32,000 nt of DNA from positions 1 to 32,000 of the forward strand of contig CAKUIA010000005.1 in the NCBI GenBank assembly GCA_934660865.1. Reading direction: 5' to 3'. The first letter of the stretch is position 1; every line of letters begins with the position of its first letter. Shown here one piece after another: positions 8,622-17,793 of this stretch. The stretch is from an uncultured Opitutales bacterium (GTDB lineage Bacteria; Verrucomicrobiota; Verrucomicrobiia; Opitutales; Intestinicryptomonadaceae). The notes under the pieces are model-generated. The model saw only the letters and a program-made list of their open reading frames with translations. It searched no databases and was not told where the DNA came from. The position numbers were made by a program, and so were the translations under genes.

Positions 8622-9128
8622 TTATACTCTTCTTGCTTTGCGCGGACGGCAGCCGTTGTGGGGAACGGGGGTGGCGTCTACTATGCTTGTAACAACAAAG
8701 CCGAGTGTTTGAAGAGAGCGTATTGCAGCGTCTCTGCCCATACCGGGGCCGCGAACCTTGATGGCAACTTCCTTCATGCCGTGGCTCATTGCAACCTTGC
8801 CGGCGTCTTGCGTAACCATCTGGGCGGCATAAGCCGTGCTTTTCCTCGAACCTCTAAAGTTCATTTTGCCTGCGCTCGACCAGCTGATTACATTGCCCTG
8901 TTGGTCTGTAAATGTAACTTTCGTGTTGTTGAAAGTAGCGTTAATGTGGCATACGCCGGATACAACGTTCTTGCTGCCCTTGGCCTTGCGAACCTTGATT
9001 TCGCCGATTTCGTCGGCAAGAATGTCCTTGGCCGAAGGTTGTGCATTTTCGGGAGCGGCGGGTGCTGCTACTTGTTCTGCCACCTGTTCGGGAGCTGCGT
9101 TTGTTTTTTGTTCTTTATCTTCGCTCAT
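8622..9128 (-). CDS. rpsK: 30S ribosomal protein S11 with ~40-aa acidic/Ala-Pro-rich N-terminal extension
   Basis: The core contains [31 protein letters not shown] and [13 protein letters not shown]. There is no internal ATG before the conserved core. The start at 9128 lies 16 nt after the rpsM stop, with AGGT upstream. Confidence 0.9.
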   Translation of the reverse strand: MSEDKEQKTNAAPEQVAEQVAAPAAPENAQPSAKDILADEIGEIKVRKAKGSKNVVSGVCHINATFNNTKVTFTDQQGNVISWSSAGKMNFRGSRKSTAYAAQMVTQDAGKVAMSHGMKEVAIKVRGPGMGRDAAIRSLQTLGFVVTSIVDATPVPHNGCRPRKARRV

Positions 9129-9144
9129 TGTATTTTACCTGCGG

Positions 9145-9519
9145 TTATTTCTTGGTAACTACACCCACCGTTTTGCGGGCGCCCTTGCGGGTACGGGCAT
9201 TTGTGCTTGTGCGCTGGCCTCTTACGGGAAGACCCTTTGCATGACGCAAGCCTCTGTAGCTTTTAATTGCAGTCAACCTCTTAAGGTTGGCGCCAATTTC
9301 GCGGCGCAAATCGCCTTCAACTTTAAATTGCTTTTCAGTAATCACCTGAACAACTCTGTTAAGCTGCTCTTCGGACAATTCCTGTGCGCGCGTTTTCGGA
9401 TCGATACCCGCTTCTTCGCAAATAATCTTTGCTCTGGTCGGACCGATGCCGTATATGTATCTGAGTGCAAATTCCGTGCACTTATTGTTTGGTATGTCTA
9501 CACCGAGTAATCTTGGCAT
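9145..9519 (-). CDS. rpsM: 30S ribosomal protein S13
   Basis: The product begins [13 protein letters not shown] and contains [14 protein letters not shown] and [18 protein letters not shown]. It is 124 aa. Confidence 0.95.
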   Translation of the reverse strand: MPRLLGVDIPNNKCTEFALRYIYGIGPTRAKIICEEAGIDPKTRAQELSEEQLNRVVQVITEKQFKVEGDLRREIGANLKRLTAIKSYRGLRHAKGLPVRGQRTSTNARTRKGARKTVGVVTKK

Positions 9520-9614
9520 ATTATTTTCTAGTGTTAAAAGGTTCTAGTTTGCTGATTTTTTTCGTTTTGAAAAGACTTTTTTTAAAATATCGCAAAAATT
9601 AGCGGCTTTTTGCC

Positions 9615-10382
9615 TTAAATATCTGCAATAGTAAGAATTTCAGGGCCCGAGTCGGTAACCAAAATCGTGTGTTCGGAGTGGCTGCTGGCCTTTCCGTCTA
9701 CAGTTTTAATTGTCCAACCGTCTTCAAGCTCGAAAATTTCGGGTGAACCAAGGGTTATCATAGGCTCTATGGCCAAACACATACCGCTTTTCAATACGGG
9801 GCCGGTTCCGGCCTTGCCGTAGTTGGGAATGGCGGGTTCTTCGTGCATCTTTTTGCCTACGCCGTGGCCTGTAAATTCCTCTACAATGCCGTAGCCTGCA
9901 ATTTCAACACGCCTTTGTATTGCGGCCGATATGTCGCCCACGCGGTTTCCGGGCAGCGCCGCCGCTATTCCCTCCATCAAAGCCTCCTGCGAGGTCTTTA
10001 CCAAATCGAGAACTTCGGGCTTAACATTGCCTACCGCAACCGTGCGGGTGTTGTCGCCAACAAACCCCTGATAGACCACGCTTACGTCCATACTGACGAT
10101 ATCGCCCGACTTGAGTATCCGCGAGGGAGAACCTATGCCGTGTATCACTTCGTCGTTTACGGACGTACATATATAAGAGGGAAAACGTAGGCTGCCCGAT
10201 TTGTACTTGTAGCAAGCACTTCTCGCAGAATATTCTGCCATAAATTCTTTGGCCGCCTGATCGATTTCCCAGGTGGATATGCCCTCACGCACTACTCGGC
10301 AGAGCTTTTCGAGTACGTTTGCGGCAATCACGCATGCTTTACGCATGATTCTTAAATCACGTTCAGATTTTATTGGAATCAT
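9615..10382 (-). CDS. map: Type I methionine aminopeptidase
   Basis: The 255-aa product contains VIHGIG, DIVSMDVSVVYQGFVGD, FTGHGVG, LAIEPM and SEHT, the metal-ligand pattern of MetAP. Confidence 0.93.
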   Translation of the reverse strand: MIPIKSERDLRIMRKACVIAANVLEKLCRVVREGISTWEIDQAAKEFMAEYSARSACYKYKSGSLRFPSYICTSVNDEVIHGIGSPSRILKSGDIVSMDVSVVYQGFVGDNTRTVAVGNVKPEVLDLVKTSQEALMEGIAAALPGNRVGDISAAIQRRVEIAGYGIVEEFTGHGVGKKMHEEPAIPNYGKAGTGPVLKSGMCLAIEPMITLGSPEIFELEDGWTIKTVDGKASSHSEHTILVTDSGPEILTIADI

Positions 10383-10452
10383 ACTTACGCGCCGTCTATA
10401 TTATGTTGTTATTGTTTATGTGAAAGAACAAAGCCGAGGTTGCCCTAACGAA

Positions 10453-11916
10453 TTAGAGCAAACCCCACTTCCTGATTACCCATGCCGCAATGCCGACAAC
10501 CGTAATGATGATTAGCGGAGTCCACAACGCCCACAGGTTTTTAAGTTGTTTCGAATCGAGTAGCTGACGCCTTTCGCCAACGCTTTTACCCTTAATGCGA
10601 CCCTTTTGGAGGAAGCCGTCGTAGTGGCGTTGAAGCAGGTAAGTCTCGATTTGACGCATCGTATCCAAAGCAACGCCAACGGCGATTAGCGCGCCGGTGC
10701 CGCCAAAGAAACGCGAAACATTTTGGGGAACGCCCCATGCGTCGGTCAAAATATTCGGGAATACCGCGATTGCAGTCAGGAATATTGCACCTACCAAAGT
10801 CAAACGCGTCATGATAAAGTCCAAGAACTTTGCCGTGGGTTCGCCGGGGCGCACGCCAGGAATATACCCGCCATAACGCTTTAAGTCGTCGGCAATCTGC
10901 AAAGGTTTAAACATTATCGAAACCCAGAAATACGAGAAAAGGAATATCAATACGCCAAAGCAAATGTTGTGCGTAGTTAATCCGAAATATCCGAAAATTT
11001 GTTGGGGCAAAAGCAATATTGCGCTTGCAAAGATTATCGGCATAACGCCGGCATAGTTTACCTTTAGGGGCAAATACGAGCTTTGACCGCCCATAACCTT
11101 GTTGCCAACAACCCTCTTTGCATACTGTACGGGAATTTTTCTTACACCCTGTATCATTGCAATAATGGCCGCGGTTACCAACAGCAATATGGCAAACAAA
11201 GCTATAGCCTTGTGGTAGCCAAACGCCGCGCCGTCGGCGCCTATGGGTCTGTCGACAACCAATGTGTACATCTGCGAAACAGCGCCCGGCAAGTCGGCAA
11301 CAATGCCCACGGTAATCAAAATGGAAATACCGTTGCCTATGCCTCTTTGGGTTATCTGTTCGCCCAGCCACATCAATATTGCCGAACCCGTTACCAAGAA
11401 CACTATGCCCATTGCCATAAACAGCGGTGTGCTGCCGGCAACAACCAAAGAGCCGTATACGTTTTTGTCGAAGCCCCTAAAGAGGGTTTCGGGCGTATAC
11501 GCAATGGCGTAAAGCATCATTATGCCCTGTATGAACGCTATCAACAAGGTCAAATAACGGGTATATTGGGTAATTTTCTGCCTGCCTATTTCGCCCTCCT
11601 GCATTAAGCGGGCAATGCTGGGCATTACCGCACCCATCAGCTGAAGAATAATCGAGGCCGAAATGTAGGGCATAATGCCCAAGGCGAACAATGCTCCGTT
11701 AAGCATTGCACCGCCCGTAAACATATTGTACAAGCCTATAAGCCCGTCGCCCGAATTGCCGCCGCTTTCGGCATAGAACCTAATAAGAGGGCTCATGTCG
11801 ATTCCGGGCAGGGGTATAGAAGCCCCAACCCTGGCGACAAATACAAGACCTAGCATCAGCAACAAACGCTGGCGCAACTCTTGTATTTTGAAGCAATTTG
11901 TGAATGCGCTTAACAT
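10453..11916 (-). CDS. secY: Preprotein translocase SecY with extra C-terminal hydrophobic segment
   Basis: The 487-aa product contains LGIMPYISASIILQL, YIPGVRPGEPT and GTGALIAVGVALDT. About 43 aa follow the normal ...GRIKGK end and include LWALWTPLIIITVVGIAAWVI. Confidence 0.93.
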   Translation of the reverse strand: MLSAFTNCFKIQELRQRLLLMLGLVFVARVGASIPLPGIDMSPLIRFYAESGGNSGDGLIGLYNMFTGGAMLNGALFALGIMPYISASIILQLMGAVMPSIARLMQEGEIGRQKITQYTRYLTLLIAFIQGIMMLYAIAYTPETLFRGFDKNVYGSLVVAGSTPLFMAMGIVFLVTGSAILMWLGEQITQRGIGNGISILITVGIVADLPGAVSQMYTLVVDRPIGADGAAFGYHKAIALFAILLLVTAAIIAMIQGVRKIPVQYAKRVVGNKVMGGQSSYLPLKVNYAGVMPIIFASAILLLPQQIFGYFGLTTHNICFGVLIFLFSYFWVSIMFKPLQIADDLKRYGGYIPGVRPGEPTAKFLDFIMTRLTLVGAIFLTAIAVFPNILTDAWGVPQNVSRFFGGTGALIAVGVALDTMRQIETYLLQRHYDGFLQKGRIKGKSVGERRQLLDSKQLKNLWALWTPLIIITVVGIAAWVIRKWGLL

Positions 11917-11924
11917 GGCAAGCC

Positions 11925-12377
11925 TTATTTATTTTCGGAGGTCAAAATGGCCTTGCCGCCCGCAGCTTCGATAGCGGCTTTGGCGGACGCCGAGAATTTG
12001 TCGGCTGTTACGTTTAATTTCTTTGTAAGTTTTCCGTTGCCCAAAACTTTAACCAGGCAGGCGTTTGCGCGAACAAAACCGGCTTTAACCAATTCGTCGC
12101 GGTTTACGTCGGCAACTTCAAGCTTTTCGAGGTCGTCGAGCTTTACAATCGCATAGTCTACCGTGAAGTTATAGTTGTTGAAACCTCTGTGGGGAAGTTT
12201 TCTGTACAAAGGCATCTGACCGCCTTCAAAACCCGGACGAACGTGGCCGCCCGAACGCGCTTTTGCGCCCTTATGACCCCTGCCCGAAGTTTTGCCGTGG
12301 CCGCTGCCTACGCCGCAACCCAAGCGCCTTGAAGAATGTTTTGCACCTTTGGGATTTGAAAGATTGTGTAATTTCAT
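11925..12377 (-). CDS. rplO: 50S ribosomal protein L15
   Basis: The product begins MKLHNLSNPKGAKH and contains GSGHGKTSGRGHKG and PKRGF-like RKLPHRGF. It is 150 aa. Confidence 0.93.
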   Translation of the reverse strand: MKLHNLSNPKGAKHSSRRLGCGVGSGHGKTSGRGHKGAKARSGGHVRPGFEGGQMPLYRKLPHRGFNNYNFTVDYAIVKLDDLEKLEVADVNRDELVKAGFVRANACLVKVLGNGKLTKKLNVTADKFSASAKAAIEAAGGKAILTSENK

Positions 12378-12405
12378 TTTGTAAAATTCCTTCGTTTATA
12401 AAGGC

Positions 12406-12909
12406 TTATTCTTTGCCCCTCAATTTGCCGATGGCTTCTACCGTGCGAAGCTTGGAAAGCGCATTCAATGTTGCGTTTACCATAGCGCCGTCGTTGTTGG
12501 AACCCAAAGACTTGCTGAGGATATTCTTGATACCTACCGCTTCGAGAACGGCTCTTACGCCGCCGCCTGCGATAACACCCGTACCTTGAATGGCGGGTTT
12601 AAGAAGAACTACGCCGCCGTCGCTTTCGCCCATAACTTCGTGGGGTATGGTTTCGTTAACGATGGAGTAAACCTTAAAGCTCTTCTTGGCTCTGTCGGTT
12701 GCCTTGCGGATTGCGTCGGGAACTTCCTTGGCTTTTCCGTAGCCGAGACCGGCCTTACCTTTACCGTCGCCAACAATAACCAATGCCGCAAAGGAGAAAC
12801 GACGTCCACCCTTTACAACCTTGGCGCAACGGTTGATATGCACAACCTTTTCGATGAATTCGGGAGCCGAAACTTCGGCCGCTGCCTGTTTTTTAAATTC
12901 TTTGCTCAT
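12406..12909 (-). CDS. rpsE: 30S ribosomal protein S5
   Basis: The product contains [34 protein letters not shown] and [12 protein letters not shown]. It is 167 aa. Confidence 0.95.
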   Translation of the reverse strand: MSKEFKKQAAAEVSAPEFIEKVVHINRCAKVVKGGRRFSFAALVIVGDGKGKAGLGYGKAKEVPDAIRKATDRAKKSFKVYSIVNETIPHEVMGESDGGVVLLKPAIQGTGVIAGGGVRAVLEAVGIKNILSKSLGSNNDGAMVNATLNALSKLRTVEAIGKLRGKE

Positions 12910-12919
12910 CTTTTTATTG

Positions 12920-13285
12920 TTAGAAGTTTATGCCAGCTTCGCGGAGGGTATCGGCAAAAGCCTTTACGCAACCGTGATATTGTCTCGAGCCTCTGTCGAA
13001 AACAACCGTCGAAATGTTGGCTGCCTTCATCTTTTCGCCCAATTTTTTTGCCAAAGCAACGCTGCCCGCCATGTTGGCCAATATCTTTTCGCCGTTAAGC
13101 TCTTTAGACATAGAGCACAACGATACCAAAGTTTTGCCTTCGGTGTCGTCTATGCACTGGGCCGTGATGTGCTTGTTGGAGAATTTCACCGACAAACGGG
13201 GTTTTTCGGCAGTACCAGCAATGTTGCTGCGAACGCGCCAGTGGCGCTTCTGAGCCAAAATATTTTTCTTTTCAATTTTGTTCAT
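12920..13285 (-). CDS. rplR: 50S ribosomal protein L18
   Basis: The product contains [14 protein letters not shown] and [25 protein letters not shown]. It is 121 aa. Confidence 0.93.
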   Translation of the reverse strand: MNKIEKKNILAQKRHWRVRSNIAGTAEKPRLSVKFSNKHITAQCIDDTEGKTLVSLCSMSKELNGEKILANMAGSVALAKKLGEKMKAANISTVVFDRGSRQYHGCVKAFADTLREAGINF

Positions 13286-13306
13286 ACGATAACTCCTTCA
13301 AGAAAC

Positions 13307-13855
13307 TTATGCAGTCTTCTTGCCTTCCTTTCTGCGAATATGTTCGCCGACGATTCTGACACCCTTTGCCTTGTACGGTTCTACCGGGTAGAACCTCTTT
13401 ATGTTGATGGCAACTTGGCCTACCATTTGCTTGCTTGCGCCTTCAACCGTAACCAAAGGATTGCGGTCTTGCGTTTCGCCAACGGTTATCTTTATGCCTT
13501 CGGGAATGTCGAGAATGCAGGGGTGCGCATAACCCAAAGCCAAAACGAGCTGCTTGCCCTTAACTTCGGCCTTGAAACCTACGCCCTGTATTTCGAGAAC
13601 AACTTTAAAACCTTCGGTTACGCCCTTAACCATCGAGTTTACAATGCTGCGAACCGTGCCGTGCATTGCGCCCGAATAGCGCGAGTTGGAGGCGGGCTGT
13701 ACTGAAAAATGTTCGCCTTCGAGCGTCATTTTTACGGAATTGTCGAATGTTTGCGACAATTTGCCTTTGGGGCCTTCAACGTGAACCGTGTAGCCGTCTA
13801 AAGAAAGTTTTACCCCGCTGGGGATTACTACTGGGAGCTTGCCTATTCTACTCAT
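13307..13855 (-). CDS. rplF: 50S ribosomal protein L6
   Basis: The product begins MSRIGKLPVVIPSGVKL and contains VEGPKG and YKAKGVR. It is 182 aa. Confidence 0.95.
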   Translation of the reverse strand: MSRIGKLPVVIPSGVKLSLDGYTVHVEGPKGKLSQTFDNSVKMTLEGEHFSVQPASNSRYSGAMHGTVRSIVNSMVKGVTEGFKVVLEIQGVGFKAEVKGKQLVLALGYAHPCILDIPEGIKITVGETQDRNPLVTVEGASKQMVGQVAINIKRFYPVEPYKAKGVRIVGEHIRRKEGKKTA

Positions 13856-13870
13856 TGTATATTAAACTCC

Positions 13871-14266
13871 TTACCAAACTTTGCAGATTATTTCTCCGCC
13901 AACCTTTTCCTTGCGGCAGTCGGCATCTTTCATTACGCCCTTCGAGGTTGTGAGAATTGTTATTCCCATACCGCCGAGAACTCTGGGTATCGACAAAGAA
14001 TCGCAGTATAGACGTTTGCCGGGTTTGCTTACCCTGTCTATGCCCGTAAGAGAGCATACGCCGTCTACATAGCGCATTTCGATGACGATATTTTTCTTTG
14101 CGCCTTCGCCTTCAACCGAAAACGATTGAATGTAGCCTTCGTCGGCAAGAATCTTGGTCATGCTTTCGCGGAGCTTTGTCCACGAAACGCTGCACGATTC
14201 CTTGCTCGCGCGGGCGGCGTTGCGCACTACCGTTATAAAATCTCCTATTGTGTCGTGTGATGACAT
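13871..14266 (-). CDS. rpsH: 30S ribosomal protein S8
   Basis: The product contains DTIGDFITVVRNA, SKPGKRLY and GGEIICKVW. It is 131 aa. Confidence 0.95.
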   Translation of the reverse strand: MSSHDTIGDFITVVRNAARASKESCSVSWTKLRESMTKILADEGYIQSFSVEGEGAKKNIVIEMRYVDGVCSLTGIDRVSKPGKRLYCDSLSIPRVLGGMGITILTTSKGVMKDADCRKEKVGGEIICKVW

Positions 14267-14284
14267 TTTAAAAACCTTTCTGTG

Positions 14285-14590
14285 TTACCACGATGCCTTT
14301 GTTACGCCGGGTATCTTGCCGTCGAGAGCCAACTCGCGGAAGCATATACGGGACAACCCGAACTTGCGGATAAAGCCTCTTGCGCGACCCGAAACCGAGC
14401 AGCGGTTGCGCAGACGGATTTTCGAAGAGTTGCGGGGCAATTTCGCCATAGCCTTGGTAGCTTTGAAGTATTCTTCGTCGCTCGATTCGGGATTGGCGAT
14501 AATCTTTTTAAGTTCGGCGCGCTTGGCGGCGTATTTTGCCACCAGTCTTTCGCGTTTTAAATTGCGTTGTATAGATGATTTTTTAGCCAT
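14285..14590 (-). CDS. rpsN: 30S ribosomal protein S14 (long, non-zinc form)
   Basis: The product begins [20 protein letters not shown], contains [28 protein letters not shown] and ends KASW. It is 101 aa. Confidence 0.93.
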   Translation of the reverse strand: MAKKSSIQRNLKRERLVAKYAAKRAELKKIIANPESSDEEYFKATKAMAKLPRNSSKIRLRNRCSVSGRARGFIRKFGLSRICFRELALDGKIPGVTKASW

Positions 14591-14599
14591 ATCTTTGCC

Positions 14600-15163
14600 T
14601 TATTTTGCCTGAGCAACTTTTGTGGACTTGCGGAAGGGCATACCCAAGAGGGTAAGCAACTGTCTGCCGTCGTTGTCTGTTTTGGCCGTCGTTACTATTG
14701 TGATGTCCAAACCGACGTTTTTGCGGTTGGGGTCTACGGTAACTTCGGGGAATATAGTGTGGTCGGCAATACCGAAATTGTAGTTTCCGTTGCCGTCAAA
14801 CTTCGAGGGAACGCCTCTGAAGTCGCGGATAGAGGGGAGCACGATGGCGATAAATTTGTAGAGAAATTCCCACATTATCGCGCCGCGAAGCGTAACTTTT
14901 ACACCCGTGGGCTGGCCCTTGCGGAGCTTGAAGTTAGCAATGCTCTTCTTTGCTTTTGTAACTACGGGTTTTTGACCCGAAATCTTGGCTATTTCTTTTT
15001 CGACTTCCGAAACCCATTCTTTAGAAGCGTCGCTCTTTATAGAGGAGCTAAGAATGATTTTTTCTACAGCCGGTACCTGATGGGGATTTTCCACTCCCAA
15101 AACTTTTTTAAGTTCGGGAACGACCTTATCCTTATATATGTTTTTTAATACTGGTGTGTTCAT
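14600..15163 (-). CDS. rplE: 50S ribosomal protein L5
   Basis: The product contains FKLRKGQPTGVKVTLRG, FDGNGNYNFGI and GLDITIVTTA. It is 187 aa. Confidence 0.95.
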   Translation of the reverse strand: MNTPVLKNIYKDKVVPELKKVLGVENPHQVPAVEKIILSSSIKSDASKEWVSEVEKEIAKISGQKPVVTKAKKSIANFKLRKGQPTGVKVTLRGAIMWEFLYKFIAIVLPSIRDFRGVPSKFDGNGNYNFGIADHTIFPEVTVDPNRKNVGLDITIVTTAKTDNDGRQLLTLLGMPFRKSTKVAQAK

Positions 15164-15193
15164 CTTCTTTTTGTAGTTCAGCCGCTGCCGCGA

Positions 15194-15445
15194 TTACTTC
15201 GACTTCTTTTTGGAGTCGTAACGTTCAGCCGACATTACATTCGAAATGTGAATGGAAGATTCGCGTTCCACGATTGCGCCGTCGGGATTCTTTTCCGACT
15301 TGCGTTCGTGGTGCTTGCGCATATTTACGCCTTCCACAATAACTCTGCTCTTCTTGGGTTCAACGAGCAATATTTTGCCCCTTTTGCCCTTGTCCGAGCC
15401 GGATAATACGACAACTTCTACGCCTTTTTTAATTGTGTTCTTCAT
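15194..15445 (-). CDS. rplX: 50S ribosomal protein L24 (short form, 83 aa)
   Basis: The product has the KOW motif KKGVEVVVLSGSDKGKRGKIL and contains VIVEGVNMRKHH. It sits between rplN and rplE. Confidence 0.9.
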   Translation of the reverse strand: MKNTIKKGVEVVVLSGSDKGKRGKILLVEPKKSRVIVEGVNMRKHHERKSEKNPDGAIVERESSIHISNVMSAERYDSKKKSK

Positions 15446-15449
15446 AATC

Positions 15450-15815
15450 TTACAGAACCTCCGGTGCCAGACTTATAATTTTAGAGAAATTTTTACCGCG
15501 CAATTCGCGGGCAACGGGCCCGAAAATACGCGTGCCTTTGGGATTGTTTTGTGCGTCTATGATAACGCAAGCGTTCGTGTCGAAACGAAGATAGGAACCG
15601 TCGGCCCTGCGAATGGGAGCCTTTGTGCGAACGATAACGGCCTTTGCAACCGTACCCTTCTTAACGGCGGCGTCGGGAGTCGATGTCTTAACGGCAACAA
15701 CAATGATATCGCCTATCTTTGCCGAGCGGCGGGGTTGGCCGAGCCTGCGGATCATCGCAACCTCTTTGGCACCCGTGTTGTCGGCAACAACGAGTTTTGT
15801 CTGCATTTGTATCAT
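15450..15815 (-). CDS. rplN: 50S ribosomal protein L14
   Basis: The product begins [18 protein letters not shown] and contains [10 protein letters not shown] and GPVARELR. It is 121 aa. Confidence 0.95.
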   Translation of the reverse strand: MIQMQTKLVVADNTGAKEVAMIRRLGQPRRSAKIGDIIVVAVKTSTPDAAVKKGTVAKAVIVRTKAPIRRADGSYLRFDTNACVIIDAQNNPKGTRIFGPVARELRGKNFSKIISLAPEVL

Positions 15816-15828
15816 TTTACAATATCTC

Positions 15829-16104
15829 CTATGCCAAAATTGGCGCCTTTGTTACTATGCGAACAACGCGGAATCTCTTGAGTTTGCTCAAGGGGCGTGT
15901 TTCGACGATTTCAACTACGTCGCCCAAAGAACATTCGTTCTTTTCGTCGTGCGCGTGTACAACCGTCTTGCGGCGGATTTCCTTGCGGTACAGCGGGTGC
16001 GGAACCTTGTAGAAATACGTTACCTTTATGCTCTTGTCGCCCGAGCGCGAAGTTACTTCGCCAACGAGGCTTTTTCTTTGTTTTCTGGAAATTTCTTCAG
16101 CCAT
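15829..16104 (-). CDS. rpsQ: 30S ribosomal protein S17
   Basis: The product contains [41 protein letters not shown]. It is 91 aa. Confidence 0.93.
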   Translation of the reverse strand: MAEEISRKQRKSLVGEVTSRSGDKSIKVTYFYKVPHPLYRKEIRRKTVVHAHDEKNECSLGDVVEIVETRPLSKLKRFRVVRIVTKAPILA

Positions 16105-16123
16105 TGTTTTTCTCCACTAATAG

Positions 16124-16309
16124 TTAGGCCTTTTGCGCCTTTATTGTTTCGAGACGCGCAATGAACTTGCGAAGCGACCTAATCTTGGCGGTGTTTTCCA
16201 CCTGACCGGCGCTCTTGCGCATATTCAAATGCAACAACTCTTCGCGCGATTCGCGCAATTTTTTGTCCATTTCCGCTACGGAAAGTTCTCTAATCTCTTT
16301 AGCTTTCAT
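16124..16309 (-). CDS. rpmC: 50S ribosomal protein L29
   Basis: The 61-aa product begins [31 protein letters not shown]. It sits between rplP and rpsQ. Confidence 0.9.
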   Translation of the reverse strand: MKAKEIRELSVAEMDKKLRESREELLHLNMRKSAGQVENTAKIRSLRKFIARLETIKAQKA

Positions 16310-16331
16310 TCTAGTAGATTGCCCTTTCTGA

Positions 16332-16760
16332 TTATATGATTTCTACGCCTTCGCGTACTACGAAACGGCACCTTAGAGGAACCTTGGCATCGGCCAAGCG
16401 CATGGCTTCGCGTGCAAGCGTCGGAGAAACACCGGCTATTTCGAAGAGAATTGTGCCGGGCTTTACAACCGCGCACCAGTATTCTACCGCGCCCTTACCT
16501 TTACCCATACGGGTTTCGGCGGGTTTCTTTGTAACGGACTTTTGCGGGAATACTCTCATCCACATTTTGCCTTTACGCTTTAAGTGCCTGTTAATGGCGA
16601 CACGGGCAGCTTCTAACTGCTGGGCCGAGCATTTGCCGCGTTCCAAAGACTGCAACGCGAAGTCGCCGAAAGAAATATAGTCGCCGCCCTTGGCCAAGCC
16701 GCGGATACGACCCTTTTGTACCTTGCGGTACTTGGTTTTTGCTGGAAGTAGATTTGCCAT
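16332..16760 (-). CDS. rplP: 50S ribosomal protein L16
   Basis: The product contains [43 protein letters not shown]. It is 142 aa. Confidence 0.95.
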   Translation of the reverse strand: MANLLPAKTKYRKVQKGRIRGLAKGGDYISFGDFALQSLERGKCSAQQLEAARVAINRHLKRKGKMWMRVFPQKSVTKKPAETRMGKGKGAVEYWCAVVKPGTILFEIAGVSPTLAREAMRLADAKVPLRCRFVVREGVEII

Positions 16761-16783
16761 CTTAAAACTCCTGTCTTATAGAA

Positions 16784-17422
16784 TTATAGTACGTCCTCGG
16801 ATTTAAGGCACAACCAAACTTTTACGCCGATTTTGCCGTAGAGGGTGTGGGCTTCGGTGAAGCCGTAGTCTATGTTTTCGCGGAGAGTCTGAAGGGGAAT
16901 TTTACCCTTTCTCTGCCATTCGGTACGCGCAATTTCTGCGCCGCCAAGACGGCCGGAAAGTTGAACTTTAATGCCTTCGGCACCCATCGCCAACGAGGTC
17001 TGTATGGCCTTCTTGATGGCTCTGCGGAAAGATACGCGGCGTTCGAGCTGCAAAGCAATGCTTTCCGCTACGAGGAACGCAACCAAATCGGGTTTCTTTA
17101 TTTCCTGTATGTCGAGCATTATGTCTTTGCCGAGGAACTTCGAAAGCTTTGCCTTCAACTGGTCGAGCGATGCGCCTTTTTGACCGATTACAACACCGGG
17201 GCGCGCCGTAAATATCTTAACGCGTACGCGTGCACCCGCACGTTCGATGAACACTCTCGAAACCGACGCCGACTTCAATTCGGGATATTCGCGCAAAAAT
17301 TCGCGGATTTTATAGTCTTCGGCTAAGAATTTAGCATAGTCGCCCTTGTTGGCATACCAGCGCGAATCCCAGTCGCGGCGTACTGCAAGGCGAAAACCTC
17401 TTGGATTTACTTTTTGTCCCAT
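16784..17422 (-). CDS. rpsC: 30S ribosomal protein S3
   Basis: The product begins MGQKVNPRGFRLAVRRDWDSRWYA, has a KH domain and contains GRLGGAEIARTEW. It is 212 aa. Confidence 0.95.
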   Translation of the reverse strand: MGQKVNPRGFRLAVRRDWDSRWYANKGDYAKFLAEDYKIREFLREYPELKSASVSRVFIERAGARVRVKIFTARPGVVIGQKGASLDQLKAKLSKFLGKDIMLDIQEIKKPDLVAFLVAESIALQLERRVSFRRAIKKAIQTSLAMGAEGIKVQLSGRLGGAEIARTEWQRKGKIPLQTLRENIDYGFTEAHTLYGKIGVKVWLCLKSEDVL

Positions 17423-17440
17423 ATTTTTTTCTCCGATAAA

Positions 17441-17776
17441 TTATTTCTCGTCGCTCAAAACTATGCGGATATTGCTTGTGCGCTTCTTGTAGGGATGCGC
17501 ACTGCCTCTCGCTACGGGACGAAAACGCTTGAACGCCACGCCGCCGTCTACCGACGCCAATTTGATTTTAAGGTTGGCCGAAGACAAACCGTTGTTGTTT
17601 TCGGCGTTAGCTATAGCACTTGCCAATGTCTTGGCAACCAAGCGGGCACTCTTTCTGGGAATGAGGTTTAAAACCTCGAGTGCTTGACCCGCATTCATAC
17701 CTTTTATACGGCGTGTAATGTCGCGGACTTTCTTGTCGGACATACGCGCAAATTTTGTTAAAGATTGAACTTCCAT
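17441..17776 (-). CDS. rplV: 50S ribosomal protein L22
   Basis: The product contains ARMSDKKVRDITRRIKG, ALEVLNLIPRKSA and ASAIANAENN. It is 111 aa. Confidence 0.93.
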   Translation of the reverse strand: MEVQSLTKFARMSDKKVRDITRRIKGMNAGQALEVLNLIPRKSARLVAKTLASAIANAENNNGLSSANLKIKLASVDGGVAFKRFRPVARGSAHPYKKRTSNIRIVLSDEK

Positions 17777-17793
17777 CTTTCTACTTTCTTAAA

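Noticed and set aside
8133-9158. 341-aa + strand ORF antisense to rpsD and rpsK
   Set aside because: It is a shadow ORF. It spans two well-supported ribosomal genes and their intergenic spacer on the opposite strand, and its composition is Cys/Phe/Ala-rich and nonsensical.
12821-13705. 294-aa + strand ORF antisense to rpsE, rplR and rplF
   Set aside because: It is a shadow ORF opposite three conserved ribosomal genes, with no recognisable motifs. The many other 60-230-aa antisense or off-frame ORFs listed within the cluster (e.g. 7018..7650, 8836..9510, 15252..15881, 18541..19281) are rejected for the same reason.
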